A stretch of DNA of 64,000 nucleotides from Somniosus microcephalus (Eukaryota). Numbering within the stretch: position 1 is the stretch's first letter; each line of letters starts with the position of its first letter. Below are positions 25,517 to 36,637 of this stretch, piece after piece. A program made the translations under genes and the position numbers. The stretch lies in NCBI GenBank assembly GCA_052327205.1, contig CM126204.1, positions 220,286,001 through 220,350,000 of the forward strand. Reading direction: 5' to 3'. A model generated the notes under the pieces. That model was not told where the DNA came from. It was given only the letters and a program-made list of their open reading frames with translations, and made no database searches.

Positions 25517-28500
25517 ATGATGTCCGACAACGAGTCACAACCGGCGGAGGAGCCACCAGCGCAGCTCCCAGGAGCACAGCCACACCAGCCAGCTTGGCTG
25601 CGAGCCCTCAGACCGCCGTACCTGGACCTGAACCCACGAGCAGCAAACTCAGCCGCAGACTTTAAACACTGGCTGGTCTGCTTCGAATCATACCTGAGAG
25701 AATCCAGCGTCCCTCAGGCATCCAAACTAAGTGTCCTGCAGGCACAACTGAGCCCGAGAGTATACACTCTCATCGAGGACATGACTACCTACGAGACCGC
25801 CATCAACCTGCTGAAACAGAAGTACCGGACCCCGGTAAACTACATGTACGCTAGGCACCTCCTAAGATCACGGCCGCAACAGCCAGGAGAATCAGTAGCC
25901 GAATTCTCACAGGCGCTATATGCACTCGCCAGGAACTGTGAGTTTAAATCGGTGTCGGCAGCCGAAAATACTGAAGATAATATCCGCGACGCATTCCTGA
26001 AAGGCCTACGGTCCGAGTACTCACGGCAAAGACTGCTGGAAGCTAAAGACCTCAGCATGGAAAAAGCTGAAGTCCTCGCTATCTCCCTGGAAGTGGCCCA
26101 CCAAGATCAGGAAGCATTCACCAGGTACTGCTCGCGACCCTGGGACTCGGGCCCGACCCCTACCACAGCACCCTTCCCAGCGCCGCCCCCGGGACCTACC
26201 TCTGCGTCGGCGTCCCGGACCCGACCGGCCCCGCCACCCCCGGCACCGGCCCCGACATCGGGCATCCGCGATCGGGCCGCCGGCTGTTTTTTTTGTGGCC
26301 AGGAGAAGCACCCGAGGTCGCGCTGCCCAGCCAAGAACTCCATATGTAAAACCTGCCTGAAGAAAGGCCACTTCTCCAAGGCCTGCAGGAGCGGATCCTC
26401 AGAGGCCAGCAGTGCCGCATGCGAACTATGGGGGCGGCCATCTTCGTTTAGGGCAACTGAGGCCAGCATCCCCACACATGAGTCATGGGGGCGGCCATCT
26501 TTGTTTAGGGCACCTGAGGCCAGCATCCCCACACATGAGTCATGGGGGCGGCCATCTTTGTTTAGGGCAACTGAGGCCAGCATCCCCACACATGAGTCAT
26601 GGGGGCGGCCATCTTTGATTAAGGCAACCGACCCCAATAGTGCCTCATGGGGCCCTACCTCGTGGGAGACGCCATTTTACTCACCACGCCCGACCGCCTC
26701 GCCCGCAGATGACAACGACTCGCTCAGCTACACACTAGCTTCCGTCACCCTGGACCAAGCCCGCCCGCACCATCTGTCCAAGTCAATGATGGACATCAAA
26801 GTGAACGGCCACGCCACGACCTGCCTGTTCGACAGCGGAAGCACGGAGAGCTTCATCCACCCAGACACGGTGAGCCACTACTCCCTCTCTGTCCTACCAA
26901 CGCGCAGCCGAATCTCGATGGCATCGAGGTCCCACGCCACGGACATCAGCGGCTACTGTGTCGTGACCCTGTCGGTTAAGGGCACGGAGTATAAAAACTT
27001 TAAACTCCTCGTCCTCCCCCATCTCTGCGCTGCCGTCCTACTAGGGCTGGACTTCCAATCCCACCTCCAAAGCGTAACCCTAGCATACGGTGGACCCCTC
27101 CCCCCACTCACAGTCAACAACCAGCAAACGTTAAACCGCCCACCGCGTAACACCTGCAGCCTCTCCACCCTCAAGGTCCCGCCACCCTCTCTGTTTGCTA
27201 ACCTTACCCCTGACTGCAAACCCGTCGCTACCAAAAGCAGGCGGTATAGCGCCGGGGACAGAGCCTTCATTAGCTCTGAGGTGCGGCGCCTCCTGAAAGA
27301 GGGCATTATCGAGGGGAGCAGCAGCCCCTGGCGTGCCCAGGTCGTAGTCGTAAAGACCGGCGATAAAAACCGCCTGGTCATCGACTACAGCCAGACCATA
27401 AACAGATATACCCAGCTGGACGCATACCCCCTCCCCCGCATATCTGACATGGTCAATCAGATTGCACAGTATAAAGTATTCTCGACCATCGACCTGAAGT
27501 CGGCCTACCACCAACTCCCTATCCACCCTGAGGACCGCCAGTATACCGCCTTCGAGGCGAATGGGCGCCTATACCACTTCCTTAGGGTCCCCTTCGGTGT
27601 CACTAATGGGGTCTCGGTCTTCCAAAGGGAGATGGACCAGATGGTTGACCAGAACGAACTGCAGGCTACATTCCCCTACCTAGATAACGTCACTATCTGC
27701 GGCCGCGACCGGCAGGAACATGACGCGAATCTGGAGAAATTCCTCCGTACGGCCCAACGGCTGAACCTCACCTACAATAAGGAGAAATGCGTGTTTAACA
27801 CCACGCGCCTTGCCATCCTCGGCTGCGTAGTGGAGAACGGAATCATCGGCCCCGACCCAGAAAGAATGCGCCCCCTCATGGAGCTACCCCTCCCCCACTG
27901 CCCTAAAGCACTTAGGAGAACCCTGGGGCTTTTCGCCTACTATGCCCAATGGGTACCCAATTACGCGGACAAAGCCAGACCCCTCCTGAAAGCCACTTCC
28001 TTCCCCCTCACGGAGGAGGCGTGCGCGGCCTTCTCCCTCATTAAGGGAGACATAGCCAAGGCCACGATGCACGCAGTGGACGAGTCCATCCCCTTTCAGG
28101 TGGAGAGCGACGCATCCGACTTCGCCTTAGCCGCCACCCTAAACCAGGAGGGGAGGCCAGTGGCCTTCTTCTCAAGGACCCTACAGGGCCCCGAGATCCG
28201 ACATTCGTCGGTCGAGAAAGAGGCCCAGGCGATCGTGGAGGCAGTACGGCGCTGGAGGCACTACCTGGCAGGCAAACGATTTACCCTCCTCACCGACCAG
28301 CGTTCGGTGGCTTTCATGTTTAATAACAAGCTGAAGGGCAAAATCAAGAATGACAAGATTTTGAGATGGAGAATCGAGCTCTCCACCTACGATTATGAGA
28401 TCTTGTACCGGCCAGGCAAGCTGAACGAATCCCCTGATGCCCTTTCACGAATGACATGCGCCAGCGCGCATATCGATAGGCTTCAGACCCTCCACGACCA

Positions 28501-29542
28501 GCTCTGCCACCCCGGAGTCACCAGACTCTACCATTTCATTAAGGCCCGCAACCTGACCTACTCCATCGAGGAGGTCAGGACCATGACCAGGAACTGCCAG
28601 ACCTGTGCGGAGTGCAAACCGCACTTCTATAGGCCGGACCGAGCAAGCCTGATCAAGGCCACCCGCCCCTTCGAGCGCCTGAGCATCGACTTTAAGGGGC
28701 CCCTCCCGTCCTCTGACCGTAATGTGTACTTCCTCAACATCGTTGATGAGTACTCCCGTTTCCACTTTGCCTTCCCCTGCCCCGACATGACCAGTAGCAC
28801 GGTCATTAAGTGCCTGAATGCCCTCTTCGCCTTGTTCGGGTTCCCGAACTATATACACAGCGACCGGGGCTCCTCCTTCATGAGCGAGGAACTCCGGCAA
28901 TTCCTCCTAGAGAGAGGTATTGCAGCAAGCAGGACCACCAGCTACAACCCCAGAGGTAACGGTCAGGTGGAAAGAGAGAACGCGACGGTATGGAAGGCCG
29001 TCCTCTTAGCCTTAAAGTCTAAGGGCCTCCCAACCTCCCGCTGGCAAGAAGTCCTCCCGACAGCGCTGCACTCCATCCGGTCATTACTTTGCACGGCCAC
29101 TAACACCACCCCCCATGAACGAATGTTCGTTTTCCCCAGGAAGTCGACTACGGGAACCACTCTACCAACCTGGCTGACCGCCCCGGGGCCGGTCTGGCTG
29201 CGGAAACACGTGAGGACCCATAAAACGGACCCCCTGGTCGAGAGGGTGAACCTCCTGCACGCCAACCCCCAGTACGCCTACGTGGCGTACCCAGACGGGC
29301 GGGAGGACACTGTCTCCCTACGAGACCTCGCACCCTCAGCCGATCCGGAAACACCGCCACCACCCCCCCCAACCTCAGTCCAGGTAGACGGCATGCCGGA
29401 ACCCCACGAGCCCTCGCCGACCACGCAAACACCAGCATCAACACCGGATAAGGCACCAGCACCGGATAAGGCAACACCACCGCTGCGGCGATCGGAGAGG
29501 CTTACGAAGCCTCCGGACAGACTGACCTACCAGAATTGGTAG
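25517..29542 (+). CDS. Element E gag-pol polyprotein, 1341 aa (Gag, 2 CCHC, PR, RT, RNaseH, IN)
   Basis: Uninterrupted ORF; CKTCLKKGHFSKAC, FDSGS, RVPFGVTNG, YLDN, SDAS...SVEKEA, HHCC, DEYSR...HSDRG...GNGQVER. Confidence 0.95.
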   Translation: MMSDNESQPAEEPPAQLPGAQPHQPAWLRALRPPYLDLNPRAANSAADFKHWLVCFESYLRESSVPQASKLSVLQAQLSPRVYTLIEDMTTYETAINLLKQKYRTPVNYMYARHLLRSRPQQPGESVAEFSQALYALARNCEFKSVSAAENTEDNIRDAFLKGLRSEYSRQRLLEAKDLSMEKAEVLAISLEVAHQDQEAFTRYCSRPWDSGPTPTTAPFPAPPPGPTSASASRTRPAPPPPAPAPTSGIRDRAAGCFFCGQEKHPRSRCPAKNSICKTCLKKGHFSKACRSGSSEASSAACELWGRPSSFRATEASIPTHESWGRPSLFRAPEASIPTHESWGRPSLFRATEASIPTHESWGRPSLIKATDPNSASWGPTSWETPFYSPRPTASPADDNDSLSYTLASVTLDQARPHHLSKSMMDIKVNGHATTCLFDSGSTESFIHPDTVSHYSLSVLPTRSRISMASRSHATDISGYCVVTLSVKGTEYKNFKLLVLPHLCAAVLLGLDFQSHLQSVTLAYGGPLPPLTVNNQQTLNRPPRNTCSLSTLKVPPPSLFANLTPDCKPVATKSRRYSAGDRAFISSEVRRLLKEGIIEGSSSPWRAQVVVVKTGDKNRLVIDYSQTINRYTQLDAYPLPRISDMVNQIAQYKVFSTIDLKSAYHQLPIHPEDRQYTAFEANGRLYHFLRVPFGVTNGVSVFQREMDQMVDQNELQATFPYLDNVTICGRDRQEHDANLEKFLRTAQRLNLTYNKEKCVFNTTRLAILGCVVENGIIGPDPERMRPLMELPLPHCPKALRRTLGLFAYYAQWVPNYADKARPLLKATSFPLTEEACAAFSLIKGDIAKATMHAVDESIPFQVESDASDFALAATLNQEGRPVAFFSRTLQGPEIRHSSVEKEAQAIVEAVRRWRHYLAGKRFTLLTDQRSVAFMFNNKLKGKIKNDKILRWRIELSTYDYEILYRPGKLNESPDALSRMTCASAHIDRLQTLHDQLCHPGVTRLYHFIKARNLTYSIEEVRTMTRNCQTCAECKPHFYRPDRASLIKATRPFERLSIDFKGPLPSSDRNVYFLNIVDEYSRFHFAFPCPDMTSSTVIKCLNALFALFGFPNYIHSDRGSSFMSEELRQFLLERGIAASRTTSYNPRGNGQVERENATVWKAVLLALKSKGLPTSRWQEVLPTALHSIRSLLCTATNTTPHERMFVFPRKSTTGTTLPTWLTAPGPVWLRKHVRTHKTDPLVERVNLLHANPQYAYVAYPDGREDTVSLRDLAPSADPETPPPPPPTSVQVDGMPEPHEPSPTTQTPASTPDKAPAPDKATPPLRRSERLTKPPDRLTYQNW
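26402..26655 (+). repeat. 57-bp coding tandem repeat (SWGRPSLFRATEASIPTHE) in the gag-protease linker
   Basis: About four near-identical 19-aa units. Confidence 0.9.
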
Positions 29543-30138
29543 TACACTTCACCCCGCCGGACTTAATTCTAAACAAGGGGTGAATGTGGTAAACCACGTT
29601 CACTATCGTATCACTGTTAGTAGTTAGCACTGTTCACCACTGTTCGTTATAACTGTATCACTGACCACTATTGTATCACGGTACGAGGTCGCCTCTTGCC
29701 ACACTGCTATACCTGGGATGACCACTGCCGACTCCGCCTTGGCTCCACCCACCAGGCCAGGTATAAAGGTGAGCGACTGGCTGGTATTCCTCCTGCTTGG
29801 ATCGGATCACCCACGAGAGTGGGCTCTGTTATTTAGTCAATAAAAACCTTTAGTCACCTTCGTAACTCTTCGCCTTTTATTGGAGGAATTGATAGGTATA
29901 TCAATAACAGAATAACATAGATACATAGATAACTTCATGTCAAAACAGATCACAGATTCAGTCTCTGTGGAAAACAGTTCACAGATTCAATCTCTGTGGT
30001 GTAGTCGGTTCACGTTGCTGGAGTGACTCATTCAATAGTCCTTCCATGGATTTAACAGTTTGAACTTCCGAACTGAATTGGCTCCGTTCGGAGGGACCAC
30101 GTGTGTGATCTGCTAGAGGTAATAATGGTTCAGATGGG

Positions 30139-32331
30139 TCATCTTCTGTTTCGACTTTTCCTTTTCTGCTTCTTGGAGACTCTCTGGGCTCCACTGTCAG
30201 CTGCCAGCTGCATGCGCAGTTCCTCCTTCTCTTCCTCCTTTTTCCGTAGTAGAGCCACCTTCTCCCGATGTTCCGTAGACTTTCGGTGCTCCTCCATGCT
30301 TTCTGTATGGTGGGAGTCGAAGTTACAAGTTGGGCAGGACAGGACATAGTAAAATTCGGTGTCGTCCTGATCTAAGCCAGTGAGAGGGTCTTCTATTTCC
30401 TCCATACCCAGCTGGGCGTTAGCCAGCTTTTGTTCCAAGTCCAGACATCTTTCCTGAAGAGACTTCTTCATGCGTACCTCTTCATCCAGCTTTTTCTGGG
30501 CTTTCAGCAAGTCGTTTACTAATGACCTCATTTGAGATTTTACTACTTCAACTTCTTTTGGAGATTGATTGATCGGACTATTCAATCCCTCTACCGGAGC
30601 AGCTGTTTCAGCGGTCTGTTGTTCTACGTTGACGTGAGTCAGCGTACTTTTGGCATCCAAGGGCTGCTCTGTTGCAGTCATCTCAGTCTGTGTTGCCACC
30701 TCAGCTCTTCCAATAACCTTTGAGAGCTCCGAACCCCTTTCGTTTGAATATTGAAGTTCGTGTTCAAGTTTTTCCCATTTCAGAGTCCTGTCCTTCAGCA
30801 TATGCAGGAGTTGGCTGACCGTTAACTCCTCTGACATCAGATGTTTTGTGTGCTCCTGCTCCATTTTCTCCATCAGCTGCTTCTGTTGTCTTTCCAGATT
30901 CTCCAACTCTATATCAAAGAACTCTTTCGTTGCATTCAACTCTTGCTCAAAACGGCGAAGCATTTGTTCTAATTGCTGTTGTAGTTTGAAATGGAGTTGA
31001 GTTCGAGCCCGGTGTCCCTCAGAAATGGGCACATCAGTAGACTTGCCAGACTCAGAATCCACAGTTAAACTATGTTGTTGTTGCTCAGTGGAATTCTGTG
31101 CTGAAACTTTGTCTTTTGCACCTGAGTTGGGCTTACCATCATCCGTTCCAGAGTCTGGGCCGACTATCTTCACCGAGTTCTCACTCGTTATTGTTTGTAG
31201 GAAATGCCAGTCCATATTCATTTTCCTAATCCACTCCCGTCCTAGTAGTGGAGGACCTCCTTCAGATATCACATATAAGTCCATTATTTGACTGTCTTCG
31301 CCCTTGTGGACCACTGCAACCTCTATTTTCCCGATGGGGTACACTCTTTGCCCTGTGTATGTTTTCAATATAATCCCCGTATCCTGTAGGGGAATATGTT
31401 GGAATAACTTTCCGTAATCTTTCTTATTTATGACCGTCAATGCCGATCCAGTGTCCAATTCCAGTTTTACTTGGACTCCTTCTATCTGAAGAGTGACCCA
31501 AATTATCTGGAGGTCTGCACCCTTACCAGCGTTGAGTACTCTTAAGCTAGCCAGTTCATTACTGCTAGCGTCTGAATCGGACTCCTGTTCGGTCACCTTG
31601 TGTACCTTTGCGTATTTTCCTTGCGGTGACTTCTTGTTGCTGGTCTTCTTCCCTGACCTGCATACTCTAGCTATATGTCCAAGCCTACCACAAGTTCTAC
31701 ATTCTTGGTTTTTAAACCAACACTGGTTCTGATCATGCGTTGTCTTTCCACAACGATAACATTTGCCAGAACTCACACCCAATTTGTGTGCACTGAGCTC
31801 CGGTGACCGTAGCTGCATTACTGCCGTGCCTCTCGCTGCGGCTTCGTGTGCTGCTGCCATAGTGACCGCCTTCTCAAGCGTCAGCTCATTCTCCTCGAGC
31901 AGTCGCTTTTGTGTATCCTGTTTAAATAAACCACACACAAATTTGTCTCGTAGTGCATCTCTCAGTCCCGTTCCAAACTGGCAATATTTCGCTAATTTAC
32001 GCAATTCCAGCAAATATTCAGCATTGCTTTCATGCTGTAGCTGCCTTCTGTCATAAAATTTAAATCGTTCCACTAGCATCAGCGGCGTGGGGTTTAGATG
32101 ATCTTTCAGGACAGTAACAATCTCATCGAACGTCTTATCCGCCGGTTCATCTGGTGATAACAGGTGTTTCAATTGCCCGTATGTCTTCGCACCCTATAAA
32201 TTTAATAATGTTAGAGCTTTATCTTGGTCACAAATTTTATTGGCCTTACAATAATTTTTTACTCTTTCAACATATATGGCCCAATCTTCGAGGTCACTAT
32301 CAAAGGTGCTAATATTCCCGTGTTTAGGCAT
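30139..32331 (-). CDS. Element D gag-protease fused to host-derived STK10, OPTN and DNAJC21 fragments (one premature TAG at 32194-32196)
   Basis: ATG at 32331 (MPKHGNIS) is in frame with the 677-aa ORF; knuckles, LDTGS protease, then coiled coils and a C2H2 finger; a second frame ends PQRLNL-stop at 29979, typical of a Gypsy pol terminus. Confidence 0.85.
30142..30405 (-). pseudogene. DNAJC21: Transduced DNAJC21-like C2H2 zinc finger and basic segment
   Basis: [11 protein letters not shown]-x12-H-x5-HREKVALL...[10 protein letters not shown] versus recalled DNAJC21 LYDDLYCPAC...HEKSKKHREMVALL...QKLSKKQKKK. Confidence 0.7.
30409..30840 (-). pseudogene. OPTN: Transduced optineurin-like coiled-coil segment
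   Basis: EELTVSQLL...AEVATQTE...[37 protein letters not shown] versus recalled [12 protein letters not shown]...SEIETQTE...[37 protein letters not shown]. Confidence 0.8.
30845..31020 (-). pseudogene. STK10: Transduced STK10/LOK (SLK family) coiled-coil segment
   Basis: HRARTQL...[42 protein letters not shown] versus recalled STK10 [42 protein letters not shown]. Confidence 0.85.
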
Positions 32332-33999
32332 TGTAGATTTGCAATTTCTCAGATTTTATTTTCTTTACTTGCTATCAAAAATGGCGGCTTCCCGCTCTTG
32401 CCGTTGTCCTCCGCCCACAAAATGGCGGTTTTCCCGCGCTTGGCGGTCTTCACCCGTCCCCCGATGCCGTCTCCCTTCAGCCCCCGAGTGCGGCCCTTAT
32501 CTTCGCCGCGATCGCCCGAGTGCGGCCCTTATCAGCGGATGTGATCGATGGCCCGGCTGCGCCTCGCACTTGAAAGCGGCCCGGCCCTTATCAGTGCTTG
32601 CGATCGATGGCCCGGCTGCGCCCCTCACTTCAAAGCGGCCCGGCCCTTATCTGCCGATCGCTATCGCCCTGTACCTCTCTCTTCCCCAGTCCTGTCTTCT
32701 ACTCCGGTTCACAAGCTGATGGAGGCTTCAGGGTCCTAATGCCTGTCGCTTCCAGTGGGTTGGTGAGTGGTGAGGTTTGAAACCTCTCTTCAACCGCCGT
32801 AGGGTAAGAACCTGACTCGTCGCCAGTGTTAAGTCTGTGAATTATTTAGTTAATTAAGACACAGACTAATGAGTAACAATAAAAACAGGTCTTTACTGGT
32901 TGGAGGTAGGGACTATACGTAGGTCTTTACTTCATGCCCACAGGCGGGAACTGAGGGGAGATCAGTACCCACAGTACTATTTATACCCCTATGGCCAGGA
33001 GTGGTACTGCGTATCACTACACCCTACAAGTAGTGCAGTCCTGTCCATAGGTTCAAAGTAGCACACATATTACATACACAACATACTCGAGCTGCATTTC
33101 TGTGTGTCCTATTTTTACTCATCATCAAAATAGTGTGCACATGAATGAGTGTGTACATTAAGTTCACTGATCAGAAGTTATACCTTCAGATGCTCTCTGC
33201 CAAGCCACCTAAAAGACACTGCAACAGTATATTGTAGCAAAGGGCAAGTTACAGAGACATGGTTCATAGAGCTTCTCTCTTCATTAGGAAACAGGTATAT
33301 TGTGGGCAGATATTGCAAAGCTCTGTTGCCAGTGTGGAGCCTTGCTTGTGCGAGTGCAGGCTGCACTGTTGTAGTTCTATCTACACTAATGTCCAGCAAG
33401 GCACTAAGCCAGCAGAGGAACCTTGCAATTTCTGCCCTATTGCATTAGATCTGAGGTTATGGTATATCAGAGGGTGCTGTGAGCAGCAAATCTGGTCCTG
33501 AAATTGGCAGGAGGCGAGTTGATCTCCAGACCCACACTTATGTGTCAAGGATACCCCATTGATACAAAGTTAGGGTGTAGGGCTTCTGAGTGCCAGTCTG
33601 AGGACCACTCGCTGCTTCCACCTCGTCATGACCCTGTCTGAAATCCCAGGGACGAGGTTATCAACACATTGGGGACAGGTGCCCACACATGTAGCCATGC
33701 AAGAGGGGGCTCTGCTCGCTTCACTTATTGTGGAGCTCACATGCAGCCCAGTGTGCCACCCACACATGCTCTGAGCAGATGTAGGTGCCACTGGGCCAGT
33801 CGGAGGCATGTCTGGCGGGATTCCTCGAGTGGCCCAGGAGCAACGCTCGGACAATTTCGCAAACCGTTGCCAGGACATAAGGAAGGGCAGGCGGGCGGGG
33901 GAAACAGAATCAGCCTCTGCTGAATCTCCATCAGAATCCCAACCCCCATGAGGGAGCTGAATTTCTGGGCGAGGGACTCTTTCTGCTCCTGGTGTCACA

Positions 34000-34700
34000 C
34001 TTTCTCTCAGCAAACTGTTTCCGTGTGGGAGTCAAAATAAATTTAGCACCTGAAGTGACCTGCATCAGCCCAATTCAGGCTATTGAACTCAGTCTTGTGG
34101 TGCCAATCAAGTGGACTACTCGGTCCCAAAAGGTCTTGAGCCTCCAGTGTGTTGCTGTGGCATTACTCATCCAGATGAGTGATAAGTATTCCATTACACT
34201 CCCGATTTGAGCCGTGTAGAAGGTGAGGAGGTTTTGAGGGGGTCAGGAGGTGAGCCAGTCATCAGTAAGAACCTAGCCTCTGCCCTGCTCTGGTAGCCAC
34301 ATTGTCGATATGGCTAATTCAGTTCAACTCACGGTCAATGGTGACCTCTAAGATGTTGATGGTGGGTCTAAACGATGGTGGTGCTGTTGAACATCAGGGG
34401 CAGATGGTAGGGCTATGTTGTTGTTGGAGATGATTATTACCCAGCACTTTTTTTGGTGTGAATATTACCTGACACTTGTCACCTCAAACCTGGATGTTGT
34501 CCAGTTCCTGCTGCATGCGGACACGGGCTGCTTCATTATCAGAAGAAATATGAATGGAGCTGTACCCTGTAGAATCATCAGCAAACAGCCCCACTCCTGA
34601 CCTTATGCTGGAGGGAAGGTCGTTGTTAAAGGAGTTGAAGATGACTGGGCGAAGGACACGGTTCTGAGGAACTCCTGAAGCAATATCTATGGGGTCAAGC
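34000..34700 (-). mobile_element. Old LINE RT remnant
   Basis: SGVPQNRVLRPVIFNSFNNDLPSSIRSGVGLFADDST. Confidence 0.75.
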
Positions 34701-34954
34701 CTCCCTCTAGGACTTGAGCACATAATGTAGGCTGCCCATTCAGATACTGGGTAACATTCATCCTTCAACCAACACCATGAAAAACAGACGAATTGGTCCT
34801 TCTCCTCACTTACTGCGTGTGCAACCTTGCTGCATGAAAATTGGCTGCTCTGTTTGCCTGCATAACAATCACTATACTTCAAAAAGTAATTCATGATTTG
34901 TGAAGCACAGGATGTCCTGTGGATATCATAAAATGGCCTGGCCGACAATTTCAT

Positions 34955-35520
34955 AAAATCATAGAATGATACAGCACTGAAGGAGGCCAGGAGGCCCATC
35001 ATGCCTGTGCTGGCTCTTTGAACGAGCTATCCAATTAGTCCCACAGCCCTGCTCTTCCTCATGGCCCTGTAAATTTTTCCTGTTCAAGTATTTATCCAAT
35101 TCACTTTTGAAAGTTACTATTGAATCTGTTTCCACCAGCCTTTCGGGCTGTGTATTCCAGATCATAACAACTCGCTGTGTCAAAAAAAATTCTCCTCATC
35201 AATCCTTGGTTCTTTTACCAATGATCTTAAATCTGTGTCTTCTAGTTACCAACCCTCCTGCCAGTGGAAATAGTTTCTCCCTATCTACTCTATCAAAACC
35301 CATCATAATTTTGAACACCTCTATTAAATCTCTCCTTAACGTTCTTTGGAACAATCGCCGTTTCTCAAGAATCTCGACATAACTGAAGTCCCTCATCCCT
35401 AGTACCATTCTCGCAAATCTCCTCTGCACCCTCTATAAGGCCTTGGCATCCTTCCTAAAGTGTGGTACCCAGAATTGGATGCAATACTCCAGCTGAGATC
35501 TAACCAGTGACTTATATAGC
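34955..35520 (-). mobile_element. CR1 LINE 3' remnant
   Basis: LEYCIQFWVPHFRKD, RDLIEVFKIM, TQRVVMIWN; ATCATAGAA tail. Confidence 0.88.
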
Positions 35521-36383
35521 TCTTCCTCACCACTCACTGTACCATTGTAACAAATGGATGGTGACTCAGCTGTGGACATCAGGAATTGGATGTAAGCTTC
35601 TAGATTAATGGGTGTGCCAATTCTGGGAGGGGCAATAGATCCAAACCATAGCACTGAATGCTAAGAACAGAACCTTACAATCAGATACTAGGCCAACAGG
35701 ATTAAATGACCTTTCAATGCATTGTCAGGAACCAGACCCACCACTTCCACTAGATTGCCAGAGATTGCATGATGTTCAGCAGTAGGGAAGATGGGTGAAA
35801 ACCTGCAGTTCATCTGTTGGTCTTCTCGGCCTCAGTCTCCAGATGATCTTCAAAGGAACACCCGTGTCTCCTCCATCGCCAAGGCTGTCTTCAGGAAGCA
35901 CCCTTGTCTCTTTTGTGGCAAACAACTGTCAATAGATCCTCAGGACATGAACACAACCCCGATGTCCAAGAAGGTTCTTCTAGCATCTCTCTAACACTTC
36001 TGGATGGGCTTGCTGTCTTCTCTGACCTGTTGTCTCCAACCTCTCTTTGTCTCACAACCTTTTTTGTCCCTAGTTTCTCAACAACAACTTGGATTTATTT
36101 AGCACCTTTAATGTAGTAAACTGTCCCAAGTTGCTTCACAGGAGCATTAGCAAATAAATTTTGACACCGAGCCACATAAGGAGATATTAGGACAGGTGAC
36201 CAAAAGCTTGGTCAAAGAATTAGGTTCTAAGGAGCGTCGTAAAGGAAGGGCCCCATTCACCCAATCTGCAGGACGATACACCTCCACTCACTTGGTTTGC
36301 CAGCCGGCAGTGATTCACCGGATCCCAACTGACCCAAAGGATGGAATTCAGGTCTCAAAATCCTGGTCTAACTATGTGCATGG

Positions 36384-36637
36384 TGTAAAGTCTGTGGTTT
36401 GTATTGTAAATAATACACAGACTCCAAGATTAACAAACAAAACAGGTCTTTACTATTCAGAGGTTCAGGCGATTCTGCCCTAGTTAACGTATCACAACCC
36501 TTATATACTGGTGTGGTCACTATCGGTATTACAGTATACATGAGCCAACAAATAGTGCCACACCTAAAGTAGTGCTCTTAAAGGCGAACGGTTACATTCT
36601 ATAGTTCCCTTAAAGGTAAACGGGTACATACACTACA
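36384..36637 (-). mobile_element. Solo LTR related to the element B LTR
   Basis: TG...CA ends; TSD CATGG at 36379-36383 and 36638-36642; shares AACAGGTCTTTACTATTC and TTATATAC.GGTGTGGTCAC with 5960-6204. Confidence 0.9.

Larger units (their letters stand above)
25179..29903 (+). mobile_element. Intact, young Gypsy LTR retrotransposon E
   Basis: 319-bp LTRs at 25179-25497 and 29585-29903, identical by eye; TSD ATAAC at 25174-25178 and 29904-29908; PPT at 29571-29584; TATAAA and AATAAA within the LTR. Confidence 0.97.
24836..33083 (-). mobile_element. Non-autonomous Gypsy LTR element D (gag-protease-host cargo, no RT/IN), containing element E
   Basis: 257-bp LTRs at 24836-25092 and 32827-33083 (1 mismatch by eye); TSD TACTC at 24831-24835 and 33084-33088; PBS TGGCGACGAG at 32816-32825; PPT at 25093-25104. 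Confidence 0.95.

Noticed and set aside
25840-29480. Antisense ORFs within element E
   Set aside because: Shadow ORFs of GC-rich coding sequence with no recognisable motifs
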